Shown one piece after another: positions 26,201-41,500 of a stretch of 64,000 nt of DNA. This DNA comes from the human T2T-CHM13v2.0 reference genome, Homo sapiens. The notes below the pieces were generated by a model. The model was not told the DNA's origin, searched no databases, and saw only the letters and a list, made by a program, of their open reading frames with translations. The stretch's first letter is position 1. Every line of letters begins with the position of its first letter. A program made the position numbers and the translations under genes. The stretch is taken from NCBI RefSeq assembly GCF_009914755.1, contig NC_060938.1; one strand, 5' to 3'.

Positions 26201-29200
26201 TGAGATTGCTTCTGTCTAGTTTTTATGGGAAGATATTTCCCTTTTCACTGTAGGCGTCAAGGCGCTAAAAATGTCCACTTCCAGATACTACAAAAAGAGT
26301 GTTTCAAACATACTCTGTGAAAGGGAATATTCAACTCTGTGACTTGAATGCACATACCACAAAGAAGTTTCTGAGAATGCTTCTGTCGAGATTTTATATG
26401 AAGATATTCCCGTTTCCAACGAAATCCTGAAATCTATCCAAATATCCCCTCGCAGATTCTACAAAAAGAGTGTTTCAAAACTGCTCTGTAAAAAGAAAGG
26501 TTCAACTCTGTTAGTTGAGTGCACACATCACAAACAAGTTTCACAGAATGCTTCTTTCTAGCTTGCAGGGGAAGATATTCCCTTTATCACCATGGGCCTC
26601 AAACCAATCGAAACGTCCAATTCCATATACTACAAAAAGAGCGTTTCAAACCTGCTCTATGAAAGGCAATGTTCAACTCTGTGACTTGAATGCAGACATC
26701 ACAGAGCAGTTTCTGAGAATGCTTCCGTCTAGATTTTATAGGAAGATATTCCCGTTTCCAACGAAATCTTCGCAGCTATCCAAATATCCACTTGCAGATT
26801 CTACAAAAAGAGTGTATCAAAACTGCTCTGTCAAAAGGAAGGTTCTTCTCTGTTAGGTGAGTGCATACGTCATAAAGGAGTTTCTGACAATGTTTCTGTC
26901 TAGTGGTTATGGGAAGATATTTGCTTTTTCACCGTAGGCCTCAGAGCGCTCCAAATATCCACTTGCACATACTACAAAAAGAGTGCCTCAAAGCTGCTCT
27001 CTGAAAGGGAATGTTCAACTCTATGAGTTGAATGCAAACATCACAAAGACGTTTCTGAGAATGCTTCTGTCTAGATTTGATATGAAGATATTCCCGTTTC
27101 CAACGAAATCTTCAAATCTATCCAAATGTCCACTTGCAGATTCAACAAAAAGTGTTTTTCAGAACTGCTCTATCAAAAGAAAGATCCACCTCTGTTAGCT
27201 GAGTTCACACATCACAAACAAGTTTATGAGAATGCTTCTGTCTAGTTTTTATTTGAAGATATTTCCTTTCTCACCATAGAGCTGAAAGCTGTCCTAATGT
27301 TCACTTCCAGATACTACAGAAAGAGTGTTTCAAAACTGCTGTACGAAAGGGAATGTTCAACTCTGTGACTTGAATGCACACATCACAAAGAAGTTTCTGA
27401 GGATGCTGCTGTCTACTTTTTATACGTAATCCCGTTTCCAACGAAATCCTCCAAGCTATCCAAATATCCACTTGCAGATTCCACAGAAAGACTGTTTCAA
27501 AACTGCTCTGTCAATAGAAAGGTTCAACTCTGTTAGCTGCGTGCATATATCCCAAAGAAGATTCTGAGATTGCTTCTGTCTAGTTTTTATGGGAAGATAT
27601 TTCCCTTTTCACCGTAGGCGTCAAGGCGCTCCAAATGTCCACTTCCAGATACTACAAAAAGAGTGTTTCAAACCTACTCTGTGAAAGGGAATATTCAACT
27701 CTGTGACTTGAATGCACATATCACAAAGAAGTTTCTGAGAATGCTTCTGTCGAGATTTTATATGAAGGTATTCCCGTTTCCAACGAAATCCTGAAATCTA
27801 TCCAAATATCCCCTCGCAGATTCTACAGAAAGAGTGTTTCAAAACTGCTCTGTAAAAAGAAAGGTTCAACTCTGTTAGTTGAGTACACACATCACAAACA
27901 AGTTTCACAGAATGCTTCTTTCTAGCTTGTAGGGGAAGATATTCCCTTTATCACCATGGGCCTCAAACCGTCCAAAACGTCCACTTCCATATACTACAAA
28001 AAGAGCGTTTCAAACCTGCTCTATGAAAGGCAATGTTCAACTCTGTGACTTGAATGCAGACATCACAGAGCAGTTTCTGAGAATGCTTCTGTCTAGATTT
28101 TATAGGAAGATATTCCCGTTTCCAACGAAATCTTCACAGCTATCCAAATATCCACTTGCAGATTCTACAAAAAGAGTGTATCAAAACTGCTCTGTCAAAA
28201 GGAAGGTTCTTCTCTGTTAGGTGAGTGCATACGTCATAAAGGAGTTTCTGAGAATGTTTCTGTCTAGTGGTTATGGGAAGATATTTGCTTTTTCACCGTA
28301 GGCCTCAGGGCGCTCCAAATGTCCACTTGCACATGCTACAAAAAGAGTGCTTCAAAGCTGCTCTCTGAAAGGGAATGTTCAACTCTATGAGTTGAATGCA
28401 AACATTACAAAGACGTCTCTGAGAATGCTTCTGTCTAGATTTGATATGAAGATATTCCCGTTTCCAACGAAATCTTCAAATCTATCCAAATGTCCACTTG
28501 CAGATTCAACAAAAAGTGTTTTTCAGAACTGCTCTATCAAAAGAAAGATCCACCTCTGTTAGCTGAGTTCACACATCACAAACAAGTTTATGAGAATGCT
28601 TCTGTCTAGTTTTTATTTGAAGATATTTTGTTTCTCACCATAGAGCTGAAAGCTGTCCTAATGTTCACTTCCAGATACTACAGAAAGAGTGTTTCAAAAC
28701 TGCTGTACGAAAGGGAATGTTCAACTCTGTGACTTGAATGCACACATCACAAAGAAGTTTCTGAGGATGCTGCTGTCTACTTTTTATACGTAATCCCGTT
28801 TCCAACGAAATCCTCCAAGCTATCCAAATATCCACTTGCAGATTCCACAGAAAGACTGTTTCAAAACTGCTCTGTCAATAGAAAGGTTCAACTCTGTTAG
28901 CTGCGTGCATATATCCCAAAGAAGATTCTGAGATTGCTTCTGTCTAGTTTTTATGGGAAGATATTTCCCTTTTCACCGTAGGCGTCAAGGCGCTCCAAAT
29001 GTCCACTTCCAGATACTACAAAAAGAGTGTTTCAAACCTACTCTGTGAAAGGGAATATTCAACTCTGTGACTTGAATGCACATATCACAAGGAAGTTTCT
29101 GAGAATGCTTCTGTCGAGATTTTATATGAAGATATTCCCGTTTCCAACGAAATCCTGAAATGTATCCAAATATCCCCTCGCAGATTCTACAAAAAGAGTG

Positions 29201-32200
29201 TTTCAAAACTGCTCTGTAAAAAGAAAGGTTCAACTCTGTTAGTTGAGTACAAACATCACAAACAAGTTTCACAGAATGCTTCTTTCTAGCTTGTAGGGGA
29301 ATATATTCCCTTTATCACCATGGGTCTCAAACCGTCCGAAACGTCCACTTCCATATACTACAAAAAGAGCGTTTCAAACCTGCTCTATGAAAGGCAATGT
29401 TCAACTCTGTGACTTGAATGCAGACATCACAGAGCTGTTTCTGAGAATGCTTCTGTCTAGATTTTATAGGAAGATATTCCCGTTTCCAACGAAATCTTCA
29501 CAGCTATCCAAATATCCACTTGCAGATTCTACAAAAAGAGTGTATCAAAACTGCTCTGTCAAAAGGAAGGTTCTTCTCTCTTAGGTGAGTGCATACGTCA
29601 TAAAGGAGTTTCTGAGAATGTTTCTGTCTAGTGGTTATGGGAAGATATTTGCTTTTTCCCCGTAGGCCTCAGGGCGCTCCAAATGTCCACTTGCACATGC
29701 TACAAAAAGAGTGCTTCAAAGCTACTCTCTGGAAGGGAATGTTCAACTCTATGAGTTGAATGCAAACATCACAAAGACGTTTCTGAGAATGCTTCTGTCT
29801 AGATTTGATATGAAGATATTCCCGTTTCCAACGAAATCTTCAAATCTATCCAAATATCCACTTGCAGATTCAACAAAAAGTGTTTTTCAGAACTGCTCTA
29901 TCAAAAGAAAGATCCACCTCTGTTAGCTGAGTTCACACATCACAAACAAGTTTATGAGAATGCTTCTGTCTAGTTTTTATTTGAAGATATTTCCTTTCTC
30001 ACCATAGTCCTGAAAGCTGTCCTAATGTTCACTTCCAGATACTACAGAAAGAGTGTTTCAAAACTGCTGTACGAAAGGGAATGTTCAACTCTGTGACTTG
30101 AATGCACACATCACAAAGAAGTTTCTGAGGATGCTGCTGTCTACTTATTATACGTAATCCCGTTTCCAACGAAATCCTCCAAGCTATCCAAATATCCACT
30201 TGCAGATTCCACAGAAAGACTCTTTCAAAACTGTTCTGTCAATAGAAAGGTTCAACTCTGTTAGCTGCGTGCATATATCCCAAAGAAGATTCTGAGATTG
30301 CTTCTGTCTAGTTTTTATGGGAAGATATTTCCCTTTTCACCGTAGGCGTCAAGGCGCTCCAAATGTCCACTTCCAGATACTACAAAAAGAGTGTTTCAAA
30401 CCTACTCTGTGAAAGGGAATATTCAACTCTGTGACTTGAATGCACATATCACAAAGAAGTTTCTGAGAATGCTTCTGTCGAGATTTTATATGAAGATATT
30501 CCCGTTTCCAACGAAATCCTGAAATCTATCCAAATATCCCCTCGCAGATTCTACAGAAAGAGTGTTTCAAAACTGCTCTGTAAAAAGAAAGGTTCAACTC
30601 TGTTACTTGAGTACACACATCACAAACAAGTTTCACAGAATGCTTCTTTCTAGCTTGTAGGGGAAGATATTCCCTTTATCACCATGGGCCTCAAACCGTC
30701 CGAAACGTCCACTTCCATATACTACAAAAAGAGCGTTTCAAACCTGCTCTAGGAAAGGCAGTGTTCAACTCTGTGACTTGAATGCAGACATCACAGAGCA
30801 GTTTCTGAGAATGCTTCTGTCTAGATTTTATAGGAAGATATTCCCGTTTCCAACGAAATCTTCACAGCTATCCAAATATCCACTTGCAGATTCTACAAAA
30901 GGAGTGTATCAAAACTGCTCTGTCAAAAGGAAGGTTCTTCTCTGTTAGGTGAGTGCATACGTCATAAAGCAGTTTCTGAGAATGTTTCTGTCTAGTGGTT
31001 ATGGGAAGATATTTGCTTTTTCACCGCAGGCCTCAGAGCGGTCCAAATATCCACTTGCACATACTACAAAAAGAGTGCCTCAAAGCTGCTCTCTGAAACG
31101 GAATGTTCAACTCTATGAGTTGAATGCAAACATCACAAAGACGTTTCTGAGAATGCTTCTGTCTAGATTTGATATGAAGATATTCCCGTTTCCAACGAAA
31201 TCTTCAAATCTATCCAAATGTCCACTTGCAGATTCAACAAAAAGTGTTTTTCAGAACTGCTCTATCAAAAGAAAGATCCACCTCTGTTAGCTGAGTTCAC
31301 ACATCACAAAAAAGTTTATGAGAATGCTTCTGTCTAGTTTTTATTTGAAGATATTTCCTTTCTCACCGTAGTGCTGAAAGCTGTCCTAATGTTCACTTCC
31401 AGATACTACAGAAAGAGTGTTTCAAAACTGCTGTACGAAAGGGAATGTTCAACTCTGTGACTTGAATGCACACATCACAAAGAAGTTTCTGAGGATGCTG
31501 CTGTCTACTTTTTATACGTAATCCCGTTTCCAACGAAATCCTCCAAGCTATCCAAATATCCACTTGCAGATTCCACAGAAAGACTGTTTCAAAACTGCTC
31601 TGTCAATAGAAAGGTTCAACTCTGTTAGCTGCGTGCATATATCCCAAAGAAGATTCTGAGATTGCTTCTGTCTAGTTTTTATGGGAAGATATTTCCCTTT
31701 TCACCGTAGGTGTCAAGGCGCTCCAAATGTCCACTTCCAGATACTACAAAAAGAGTGTTTCAAACCTACTCTGTGAAAGGGAATATTCAACTCTGTGACT
31801 TGAATGCACATATCACAAAGAAGTTTCTGAGAATGCTTCTGTCGAGATTTTATATGAAGATATTCCCGTTTCCAACGAAATCCTGAAATGTATCCAAATA
31901 TCCCCTCGCAGATTCTACAAAAAGAGTGTTTCAAAACTGCTCTGTAAAAAGAAAGGTTCAACTCTGTTAGTTGAGTACAAACATCACAAACAAGTTTCAC
32001 AGAATGCTTCTTTCTAGCTTGTAGGGGAATATATTCCCTTTATCACCATGGGTCTCAAACCGTCCGAAACGTCCACTTCCATATACTACAAAAAGAGCGT
32101 TTCAAACCTGCTCTATGAAAGGCAATGTTCAACTCTGTGACTTGAATGCAGACATCACAGAGCTGTTTCTGAGAATGCTTCTGTCTAGATTTTATAGGAA

Positions 32201-34933
32201 GATATTCCCGTTTCCAACGAAATCTTCACAGCTATCCAAATATCCACTTGCAGATTCTACAAAAAGAGTGTATCAAAACTGCTCTGTCAAAAGGAAGGTT
32301 CTTCTCTGTTAGGTGAGTGCATACGTCATAAAGGAGTTTCTGAGAATGTTTCTGTCTAGTGGTTATGGGAAGATATTTGCTTTTTCCCCGTAGGCCTCAG
32401 GGCGCTCCAAATGTCCACTTGCACATGCTACAAAAAGAGTGCTTCAAAGCTACTCTCTGGAAGGGAATGTTCAACTCTATGAGTTGAATGCAAACATCAC
32501 AAAGACGTTTCTGAGAATGCTTCTGTCTAGATTTGATATGAAGATATTCCCGTTTCCAACGAAATCTTCAAATCTATCCAAATATCCACTTGCAGATTCA
32601 ACAAAAAGTGTTTTTCAGAACTGCTCTATCAAAAGAAAGATCCACCTCTGTTAGCTGAGTTCACACATCACAAACAAGTTTATGAGAATGCTTCTGTCTA
32701 GTTTTTATTTGAAGATATTTCCTTTCTCACCATAGACCTGAAAGCTGTCCTAATGTTCACTTCCAGATACTACAGAAAGAGTGTTTCAAAACTGCTGTAC
32801 GAAAGGGAATGTTCAACACTGTGACTTGAATGCACACATCACAAAGAAGTTTCTGAGGATGCTGCTGTCTACTTATTATACGTAATCCCGTTTCCAACGA
32901 AATCCTCCAAGCTAACGAAATATCCACTTGCAGATTCCACAGAAAGACTGTTTCAAAACTGCTCTGTCAATAGAAAGGTTCAACTCTGTTAGCTGCGTGC
33001 ATATATCCCAAAGAAGATTCTGAGATTGCTTCTGTCTAGTTTTTATGGGAAGATATTTCCCTTTTCACCGTAGGCATCAAGGCGCTCCAAATGTCCACTT
33101 CCAGATACTACAAAAAGAGTGTTTCAAACCTACTCTGTGAAAGGGAATATTCAACTCTGTGACTTGAATGCACATATCACAAAGAAGTTTCTGAGAATGC
33201 TTCTGTCGAGATTTTATATGAAGATATTCCCGTTTCCAACGAAATCCTGAAATCTATCCAAATATCCCCTCGCAGATTCTACAGAAAGAGTGTTTCAAAA
33301 CTGCTCTGTAAAAAGAAAGGTTCAACTCTGTTACTTGAGTACACACATCACAAACAAGTTTCACAGAATGCTTCTTTCTAGCTTGTAGGGGAAGATATTC
33401 CCTTTATCACCATGGGCCTCAAACCGTCCGAAACGTCCACTTCCATATACTACAAAAAGAGCGTTTCAAACCTGCTCTAGGAAAGGCAATGTTCAACTCT
33501 GTGACTTGAATGCAGACATCACAGAGCAGTTTCTGAGAATGCTTCTGTCTAGATTTTATAGGAAGATATTCCCGTTTCCAACGAAATCTTCACAGCTATC
33601 CAAATATCCACTTGCAGATTCTACAAAAAGAGTGTATCAAAACTGCTCTGTCAAAAGGAAGGTTCTTCTCTGTTAGGTGAGTGCATACGTCACAAAGCAG
33701 TTTCTGAGAATGTTTCTGTCTAGTGGTTATGGGAAGATATTTGCTTTTTCACCGTAGGCCTCAGAGCGGTCCAAATATCCACTTGCACATACTACAAAAA
33801 GAGTGCCTCAAAGCTGCTCTCTGAAACGGAATGTTCAACTCTATGAGTTGAATGCAAACATCACAAAGACGTTTCTGAGAATGCTTCTGTCTAGATTTGA
33901 TATGAAGATATTCCCGTTTCCAACGAAATCTTCAAATCTATCCAAATGTCCACTTGCAGATTCAACAAAAAGTGTTTTTCAGAACTGCTCTATCAAAAGA
34001 AAGATCCACCTCTGTTAGCTGAGTTCACACATCACAAACAAGTTTATGAGAATGCTTCTGTCTAGTTTTTATTTGAAGATATTTCCTTTCTCACCATAGA
34101 CCTGAAAGCTGTCCTAATGTTCACTTCCAGATACTACAGAAAGAGTGTTTCAAAACTGCTGTACGAAAGAGAATGTTCAACCCTGTGACTTGAATGCACA
34201 CATCACAAAGAAGTTTCTCAGGATGCTGCTGTCTACTTTTTATACGTAATCCCGTTTCCAACGAAATCCTCCAAGCTATCCAAATATCCACTTGCAGATT
34301 CCACAGAAAGACTGTTTCAAAACTGCTCTGTCAATAGAAAGGTTCAACTCTGTTAGCTGCGTGCATATATCCCAAAGAAGATTCTGAGATTGCTTCTGTC
34401 TAGTTTTTATGAGAAGATATTTCCCTTTTCACCGTAGGTGTCAAGGCGCTCCAAATGTCCACTTCCAGATACTACAAAAAGAGTGTTTCAAACCTACTCT
34501 GTGAAAGGGAATATTCAACTCTGTGACTTGAATGCACATATCACAAAGAAGTTTCTGAGAATGCTTCTGTCGAGATTTTATATGAAGATATTCCCGTTTC
34601 CAACGAAATCCTGAAATGTATCCAAATATCCCCTCGTAGATTCTACAAAAAGAGTGTTTCAAAACTGCTCTGTAAAAAGAAAGGTTCAACTCTGTTAGTT
34701 GAGTACAAACATCACAAACAAGTTTCACAGAATGCTTCTTTCTAGCTTGTAGCGGAATATATTCCCTTTATCACCATGAGTCTCAAACCGTCAGAAACGT
34801 CCACTTCCATATACTACAAAAAGAGCGTTTCAAACCTGCTCTATGAAAGGCAATGTTCAACTCTGTGACTTGAATGCAGACATCACAGAGCTGTTTCTGA
34901 GAATGCTTCTGTCTAGATTTTATAGGAAGATAT

Positions 34934-35617
34934 TCCCGTTTCCAACGAAATCTTCACAGCTATCCAAATATCCACTTGCAGATTCTACAAAAAGAGTGTA
35001 TCAAAACTGCTCTGTCAAAAGGAAGGTTCTTCTCTGTTAGGTGAGTGCATACGTCATAAAGGAGTTTCTGAGAATCTTTCTGTCTAGTGTTTATGGGAAG
35101 ATATTTGCTTTTTCCCCGTAGGCCTCAGGGCGCTCCAAATGTCCACTTGCACATGCTACAAAAAGAGTGCTTCAAAGCTACTCTCTGGAAGGGAATGTTC
35201 AACTCTATGAGTTGAATGCAATCATCACAAAGATGTTTCTGAGAATGCTTCTGTCTAGATTTGATATGAAGATATTCCCGTTTCCAACGAAATGCTGAAA
35301 TGTATCAAAATATCCCCTCGCAGATTCTACAAAAAGAGTGTTTCAAAACTGCTCTGTAAAAAGAAAGGTTCAACTCTGTTAGTTGAGTACACACATCACA
35401 AACAAGTTTCAAAGAATGCTTCTTTCTAGCTTGTAGGGGAAGATATTCCCTTTATCACCATGGGCCTCAAACCGTCCGAAAAGTCCACTTCCATATACTA
35501 CAAAAAGAGCGTTTCAAACCTGCTCTATGAAAGGTAATGTTCAACTCTGTGACTTGAATGCAGACGTCACAGAGCAGTTTCTGAGAATGCTTCTGTCTAG
35601 ATTTTATAGGAAGATAT
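34934..35617 (-). repeat. 4-mer HOR structural variant (684 bp), copy 2
   Basis: Pseudo-ORF 34843 to 35527. Same junction and same rare SNVs as copy 1, offset 18416. Confidence 0.93.
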
Positions 35618-38553
35618 TCCCGTTTCCAACGAAATCTTCACAGCTATCCAAATATCCACTTGCAGATTCTACAAAAAGAGTGTATCAAAACTGCTCTGTC
35701 AAAAGGAAGGTTCTTCTCTGTTAGGTGAGTGCATACGTCATAAAGGAGTTTCTGAGAATGTTTCTGTCTAGTGGTTATGGGAAGATATTTGCTTTTTCAC
35801 CGTAGGCCTCAGAGCGCTCCAAATATCCACTTGCACATACTACAAAAAGAGTGCCTCAAAGCTGCTCTCTGAAACGGAATGTTCAACTCTATGAGTTGAA
35901 TGCAAACATCACAAAGACGTCTCTGAGAATGCTTCTGTCTAGATTTGATATGAAGATATTCCCGTTTCCAACGAAATCTTCAAATCTATCCAAATGTCCA
36001 CTTGCAGATTCAACAAAAAGTGTTTTTCAGAACTGCTCTATCAAAAGAAAGATCCACCTCTGTTAGCTGAGTTCACACATCACAAACAAGTTTATGAGAA
36101 TGCTTCTGTCTAGTTTTTATTTGAAGATATTTCCTTTCTCACCATAGACCTGAAAGCTGTCCTAATGTTCACTTCCAGATACTACAGAAAGAGTGTTTCA
36201 AAACTGCTGTACGAAAGGGAATGTTCAACTCTGTGACTTGAATGCACACATCACACAGAAGTTTCTGAGGATGCTGCTGTCTACTTATTATACGTAATCC
36301 CGTTTCCAACGAAATCCTCCAAGCTATCCAAATATCCACTTGCAGATTCCACAGAAAGACTCTTTCAAAACTGCTCTGTCAATAGAAAGGTTCAACTCTG
36401 TTAGCTGCGTGCATATATCCCAAAGAAGATTCTGAGATTGCTTCTGTCTAGTTTTTATGGGAAGATATTTCCCTTTTCACCGTAGGCGTCAAGGCGCTCC
36501 AAATGTCCACTTCCAGATACTACAAAAAGAGTGTTTCAAACCTACTCTGTGAAAGCGAATATTCAACTCTGTGACTTGAATGCACATATCACAAAGAAGT
36601 TTCTGAGAATGCTTCTGTCGAGATTTTATATGAAGATATTCCCGTTTCCAACGAAATCCTGAAATCTATCCAAATATCCCCTCGCAGATTCTACAGAAAG
36701 AGTGTTTCAAAACTGCTCTGTAAAAAGAAAGGTTCAACTCTGTTACTTGAGTACACACATCACAAACAAGTTTCACAGAATGCTTCTTTCTAGCTTGTAG
36801 GGGAAGATATTCCCTTTATCACCATGGGCCTCAAACCGTCCGAAACGTCCACTTCCATATACTACAAAAAGAGCGTTTCAAACCTGCTCTAGGAAAGGCA
36901 ATGTTCAACTCTGTGACTTGAATGCAGACATCACAGAGCAGTTTCTGAGAATGCTTCTGTCTAGATTTTATAGGAAGATATTCCCGTTTCCAAAGAAATC
37001 TTCACAGCTATCCAAATATCCACTTGCAGATTCTACAAAAAGAGTGTATCAAAACTGCTCTGTCAAAAGGAAGGTTCTTCTCTGTTAGGTGAGTGCATAC
37101 GTCATAAAGGAGTTTCTGAGAATGTTTCTGTCTAGTGGTTATGGGAAGATATTTGCTTTTTCACCGTAGGCCTCAGAGCGCTCCAAATATCCACTTGCAC
37201 ATACTACAAAAAGAGTGCCTCAAAGCTGCTCTCTGAAACGGAATGTTCAACTCTATGAGTTGAATGCAAACATCACAAAGACGTCTCTGAGAATGCTTCT
37301 GTCTAGATTTGATATGAAGATATTCCCGTTTCCAACGAAATATTCAAATCTATCCAAATGTCCACTTGCAGATTCAACAAAAAGTGTTTTTCAGAACTGC
37401 TCTATCAAAAGAAAGATCCACCTCTGTTAGCTGAGTTCACACATCACAAACAAGTTTATGAGAATGCTTCTGTCTAGTTTTTATTTGAAGATATTTCCTT
37501 TCTCACCATAGACCTGAAAGCTGTCCTAATGTTCACTTCCAGATACTACAGAAAGAGTGTTTCAAAACTGCTGTACGAAAGGGAATGTTCAACTCTGTGA
37601 CTTGAATGCACACATCACAAAGAAGTTTCTGAGGATGCTGCTGTCTACTTATTATACGTAATCCCGTTTCCAACGAAATCCTCCAAGCTATCCAAATATC
37701 CACTTGCAGATTCCACAGAAAGACTCTTTCAAAACTGTTCTGTCAATAGAAAGGTTCAGCTCTGTTAGCTGCGTGCATATATCCCAAAGAAGATTCTGAG
37801 ATTGCTTCTGTCTAGTTTTTATGGGAAGATATTTCCCTTTTCACCGTAGGCGTCAAGGCGCTCCAAATGTCCACTTCCAGATACTACAAAAAGAGTGTTT
37901 CAAACCTACTCTGTGAAAGCGAATATTCAACTCTGTGACTTGAATGCACATATCACAAAGAAGTTTCTGAGAATGCTTCTGTCGAGGTTTTATATGAAGA
38001 TATTCCCGTTTGCAACGAAATCCTGAAATCTATCCAAATATCCCCTCGCAGATTCTACAGAAAGAGTGTTTCAAAACTGCTCTGTAAAAAGAAAGGTTGA
38101 ACTCTGTTAGTTGAGTACACACATCACAAACAAGTTTCACAGAATGCTTCTTTCTAGCTTGTAGGGGAAGATATTCCCTTTATCACCATGGGCCTCAAAC
38201 CGTCCGAAACGTCCACTTCCATATACTACAAAAAGAGCGTTTCAAACCTGCTCTAGGAAAGGCAATGTTCAACTCTGTGACTTGAATGCAGACATCACAG
38301 AGCAGTTTCTGAGAATGCTTCTGTCTAGATTTTATAGGAAGATATTCCCGTTTCCAAAGAAATCTTCACAGCTATCCAAATATCCACTTGTAGATTCTAC
38401 AAAAAGAGTGTATCAAAACTGCTCTGTCAAAAGGAAGGTTCTTCTCTGTTAGGTGAGTGCATACGTCATAAAGGAGTTTCTGAGAATGTTTCTGTCTAGT
38501 GGTTATGGGAAGATATTTGCTTTTTCACCGTAGGCCTCAGAGCGCTCCAAATA

Positions 38554-41500
38554 TCCACTTGCACATACTACAAAAAGAGTGCCTCAAAGCTGCTCTCTGA
38601 AACGGAATGTTCAACTCTATGAGTTGAATGCAAACATCACAAAGACGTCTCTGAGAATGCTTCTGTCTAGATTTGATATGAAGATATTCCCGTTTCCAAC
38701 GAAATCTTCAAATCTATCCAAATGTCCACTTGCAGATTCAACAAAAAGTGTTTTTCAGAACTGCTCTATCAAAAGAAAGATCCACCTCTGTTAGCTGAGT
38801 TCACACATCACAAACAAGTTTATGAGAATGCTTCTGTCTAGTTTTTATTTGAAGATATTTCCTTTCTCACCATAGACCTGAAAGCTGTCCTAATGTTCAC
38901 TTCCAGATACTACAGAAAGAGTGTTTCAAAACTGCTGTACGAAAGGGAATGTTCAACTCTGTGACTTGAATGCACACATCACAAAGAAGTTTCTGAGGAT
39001 GCTGCTGTCTACTTATTATACGTAATCCCGTTTCCAACGAAATCCTCCAAGCTATCCAAATATCCACTTGCAGATTCCACAGAAAGACTCTTTCAAAACT
39101 GTTCTGTCAATAGAAAGGTTCAACTCTGTTAGCTGCGTGCATATATCCCAAAGAAGATTCTGAGATTGCTTCTGTCTAGTTTTTATGGAAGATATTTCCC
39201 TTTTCACCGTAGGCGTCAAGGCGCTCCAAATGTCCACTTCCAGATACTACAAAAAGAGTGTTTCAAACCTACTCTGTGAAAGGGAATATTCAACTCTGTG
39301 ACTTGAATGCACATATCACAAAGAAGTTTCTGAGAATGCTTCTGTCGAGATTTTATATGAAGATATTCCCGTTTCCAACGAAATCCTGAAATCTATCCAA
39401 ATATCCCCTCGCAGATTCTACAGAAAGAGTGTTTCAAAACTGCTCTGTAAAAAGAAAGGTTCAACTCTGTTACTTGAGTACACACATCACAAACAAGTTT
39501 CACAGAATGCTTCTTTCTAGCTTGTAGGGGAAGATATTCCCTTTATCACCATGGGCCTCAAACCGTCCGAAAAGTCCACTTCCATATACTACAAAAAGAG
39601 CGTTTCAAACCTGCTCTAGGAAAGGCAATGTTCAACTCTGTGACTTGAATGCAGACATCACAGAGCAGTTTCTGAGAATGCTTCTGTCTAGATTTTATAG
39701 GAAGATATTCCCGTTTCCAAAGAAATCTTCACAGCTATCCAAATATCCACTTGCAGATTCTACAAAAAGAGTGTATCAAAACTGCTCTGTCAAAAGGAAG
39801 GTTCTTCTCTGTTAGGTGAGTGCATACGTCATAAAGCAGTTTCTGAGAATGTTTCTGTCTAGTGGTTATGGGAAGATATTTGCTTTTTCACCGTAGGCCT
39901 CAGAGCGGTCCAAATATCCACTTGCACATACTACAAAAAGAGTGCCTCAAAGCTGCTCTCTGAAACGGAATGTTCAACTCTATGAGTTGAATGCAAACAT
40001 CACAAAGACGTTTCTGAGAATGCTTCTGTCTAGATTTGATATGAAGATATTCCCGTTTCCAACGAAATCTTCAAATCTATCCAAATGTCCACTTGCAGAT
40101 TCAACAAAAAGTGTTTTTCAGAACTGCTCTATCAAAAGAAAGATCCACCTCTGTTAGCTGAGTTCACACATCACAAACAAGTTTATGAGAATGCTTCTGT
40201 CTAGTTTTTATTTGAAGATATTTCCTTTCTCACCATAGAGCTGAAAGCTGTCCTAATGTTCACTTCCAGATACTACAGAAAGAGTGTTTCAAAACTGCTG
40301 TACGAAAGGGAATGTTCAACTCTGTGACTTGAATGCACACATCACAAAGAAGTTTCTGAGGATGCTGCTGTCTACTTTTTATACGTAATCCCGTTTCCAA
40401 CGAAATCCTCCAAGCTATCCAAATATCCACTTGCAGATTCCACAGAAAGACTGTTTCAAAACTGCTCTGTCAATAGAAAGGTTCAACTCTGTTAGCTGCG
40501 TGCATATATCCCAAAGAAGATTCTGAGATTGCTTCTGTCTAGTTTTTATGGGAAGATATTTCCCTTTTCACCGTAGGCATCAAGGCGCTCCAAATGTCCA
40601 CTTCCAGATACTACAAAAGGAGTGTTTCAAACCTACTCTGTGAAAGGGAATATTCAACTCTGTGACTTGAATGCACATATCACAAAGAAGTTTCTGAGAA
40701 TGCTTCTGTCGAGATTTTATATGAAGATATTCCCGTTTCCAACGAAATCCTGAAATCTATCCAAATATCCCCTCGCAGATTCTACAGAAAGAGTGTTTCA
40801 AAACTGCTCTGTAAAAAGAAAGGTTGAACTCTGTTAGTTGAGTACACACATCACAAACAAGTTTCACAGAATGCTTCTTTCTAGCTTGTAGGGGAAGATA
40901 TTCCCTTTATCACCATGGGCCTCAAACCGTCCGAAACGTCCACTTCCATATACTACAAAGAGAGCGTTTCAAACCTGCTCTAGGAAAGGCAATGTTCAAC
41001 TCTGTGACTTGAATGCAGACATCACAGAGCAGTTTCTGAGAATGCTTCTGTCTAGATTTTATAGGAAGATATTCCCGTTTCCAACGAAATCTTCACAGCT
41101 ATCTAAATATCCACTTGCAGATTCTACAAAAAGAGTGTATCAAAACTGCTCTGTCAAAAGGAAGGTTCTTCTCTGTTAGGTAAGTGCACACGTCATAAAG
41201 GAGTTTCTGAGAATGTTTCTGTCTAGTGGTTATGGGAAGATATTTGCTTTTTCACCGTAGGCCTCAGGGCGCTCCAAATGTCCACTTGCACATACTACAA
41301 AAAGAGTGCCTCAAAGCTGCTCTCTGAAACGGAATGTTCAACTCTATGAGTTGAATGCAAACATCACAAAGACGTCTCTGAGAATGCTTCTGTCTAGATT
41401 TGATATGAAGATATTCCCGTTTCCAACGAAATCTTCAAATCTATCCAAATGTCCACTTGCAGATTCAACAAAAAGTGTTTTTCAGAACTGCTCTATCAAA

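Noticed and set aside
16518-35617. Two independent recurrent deletions
   Set aside because: Both 4-mers share the same junction and rare flanking SNVs inside a duplicated block, so they represent one event that was copied.
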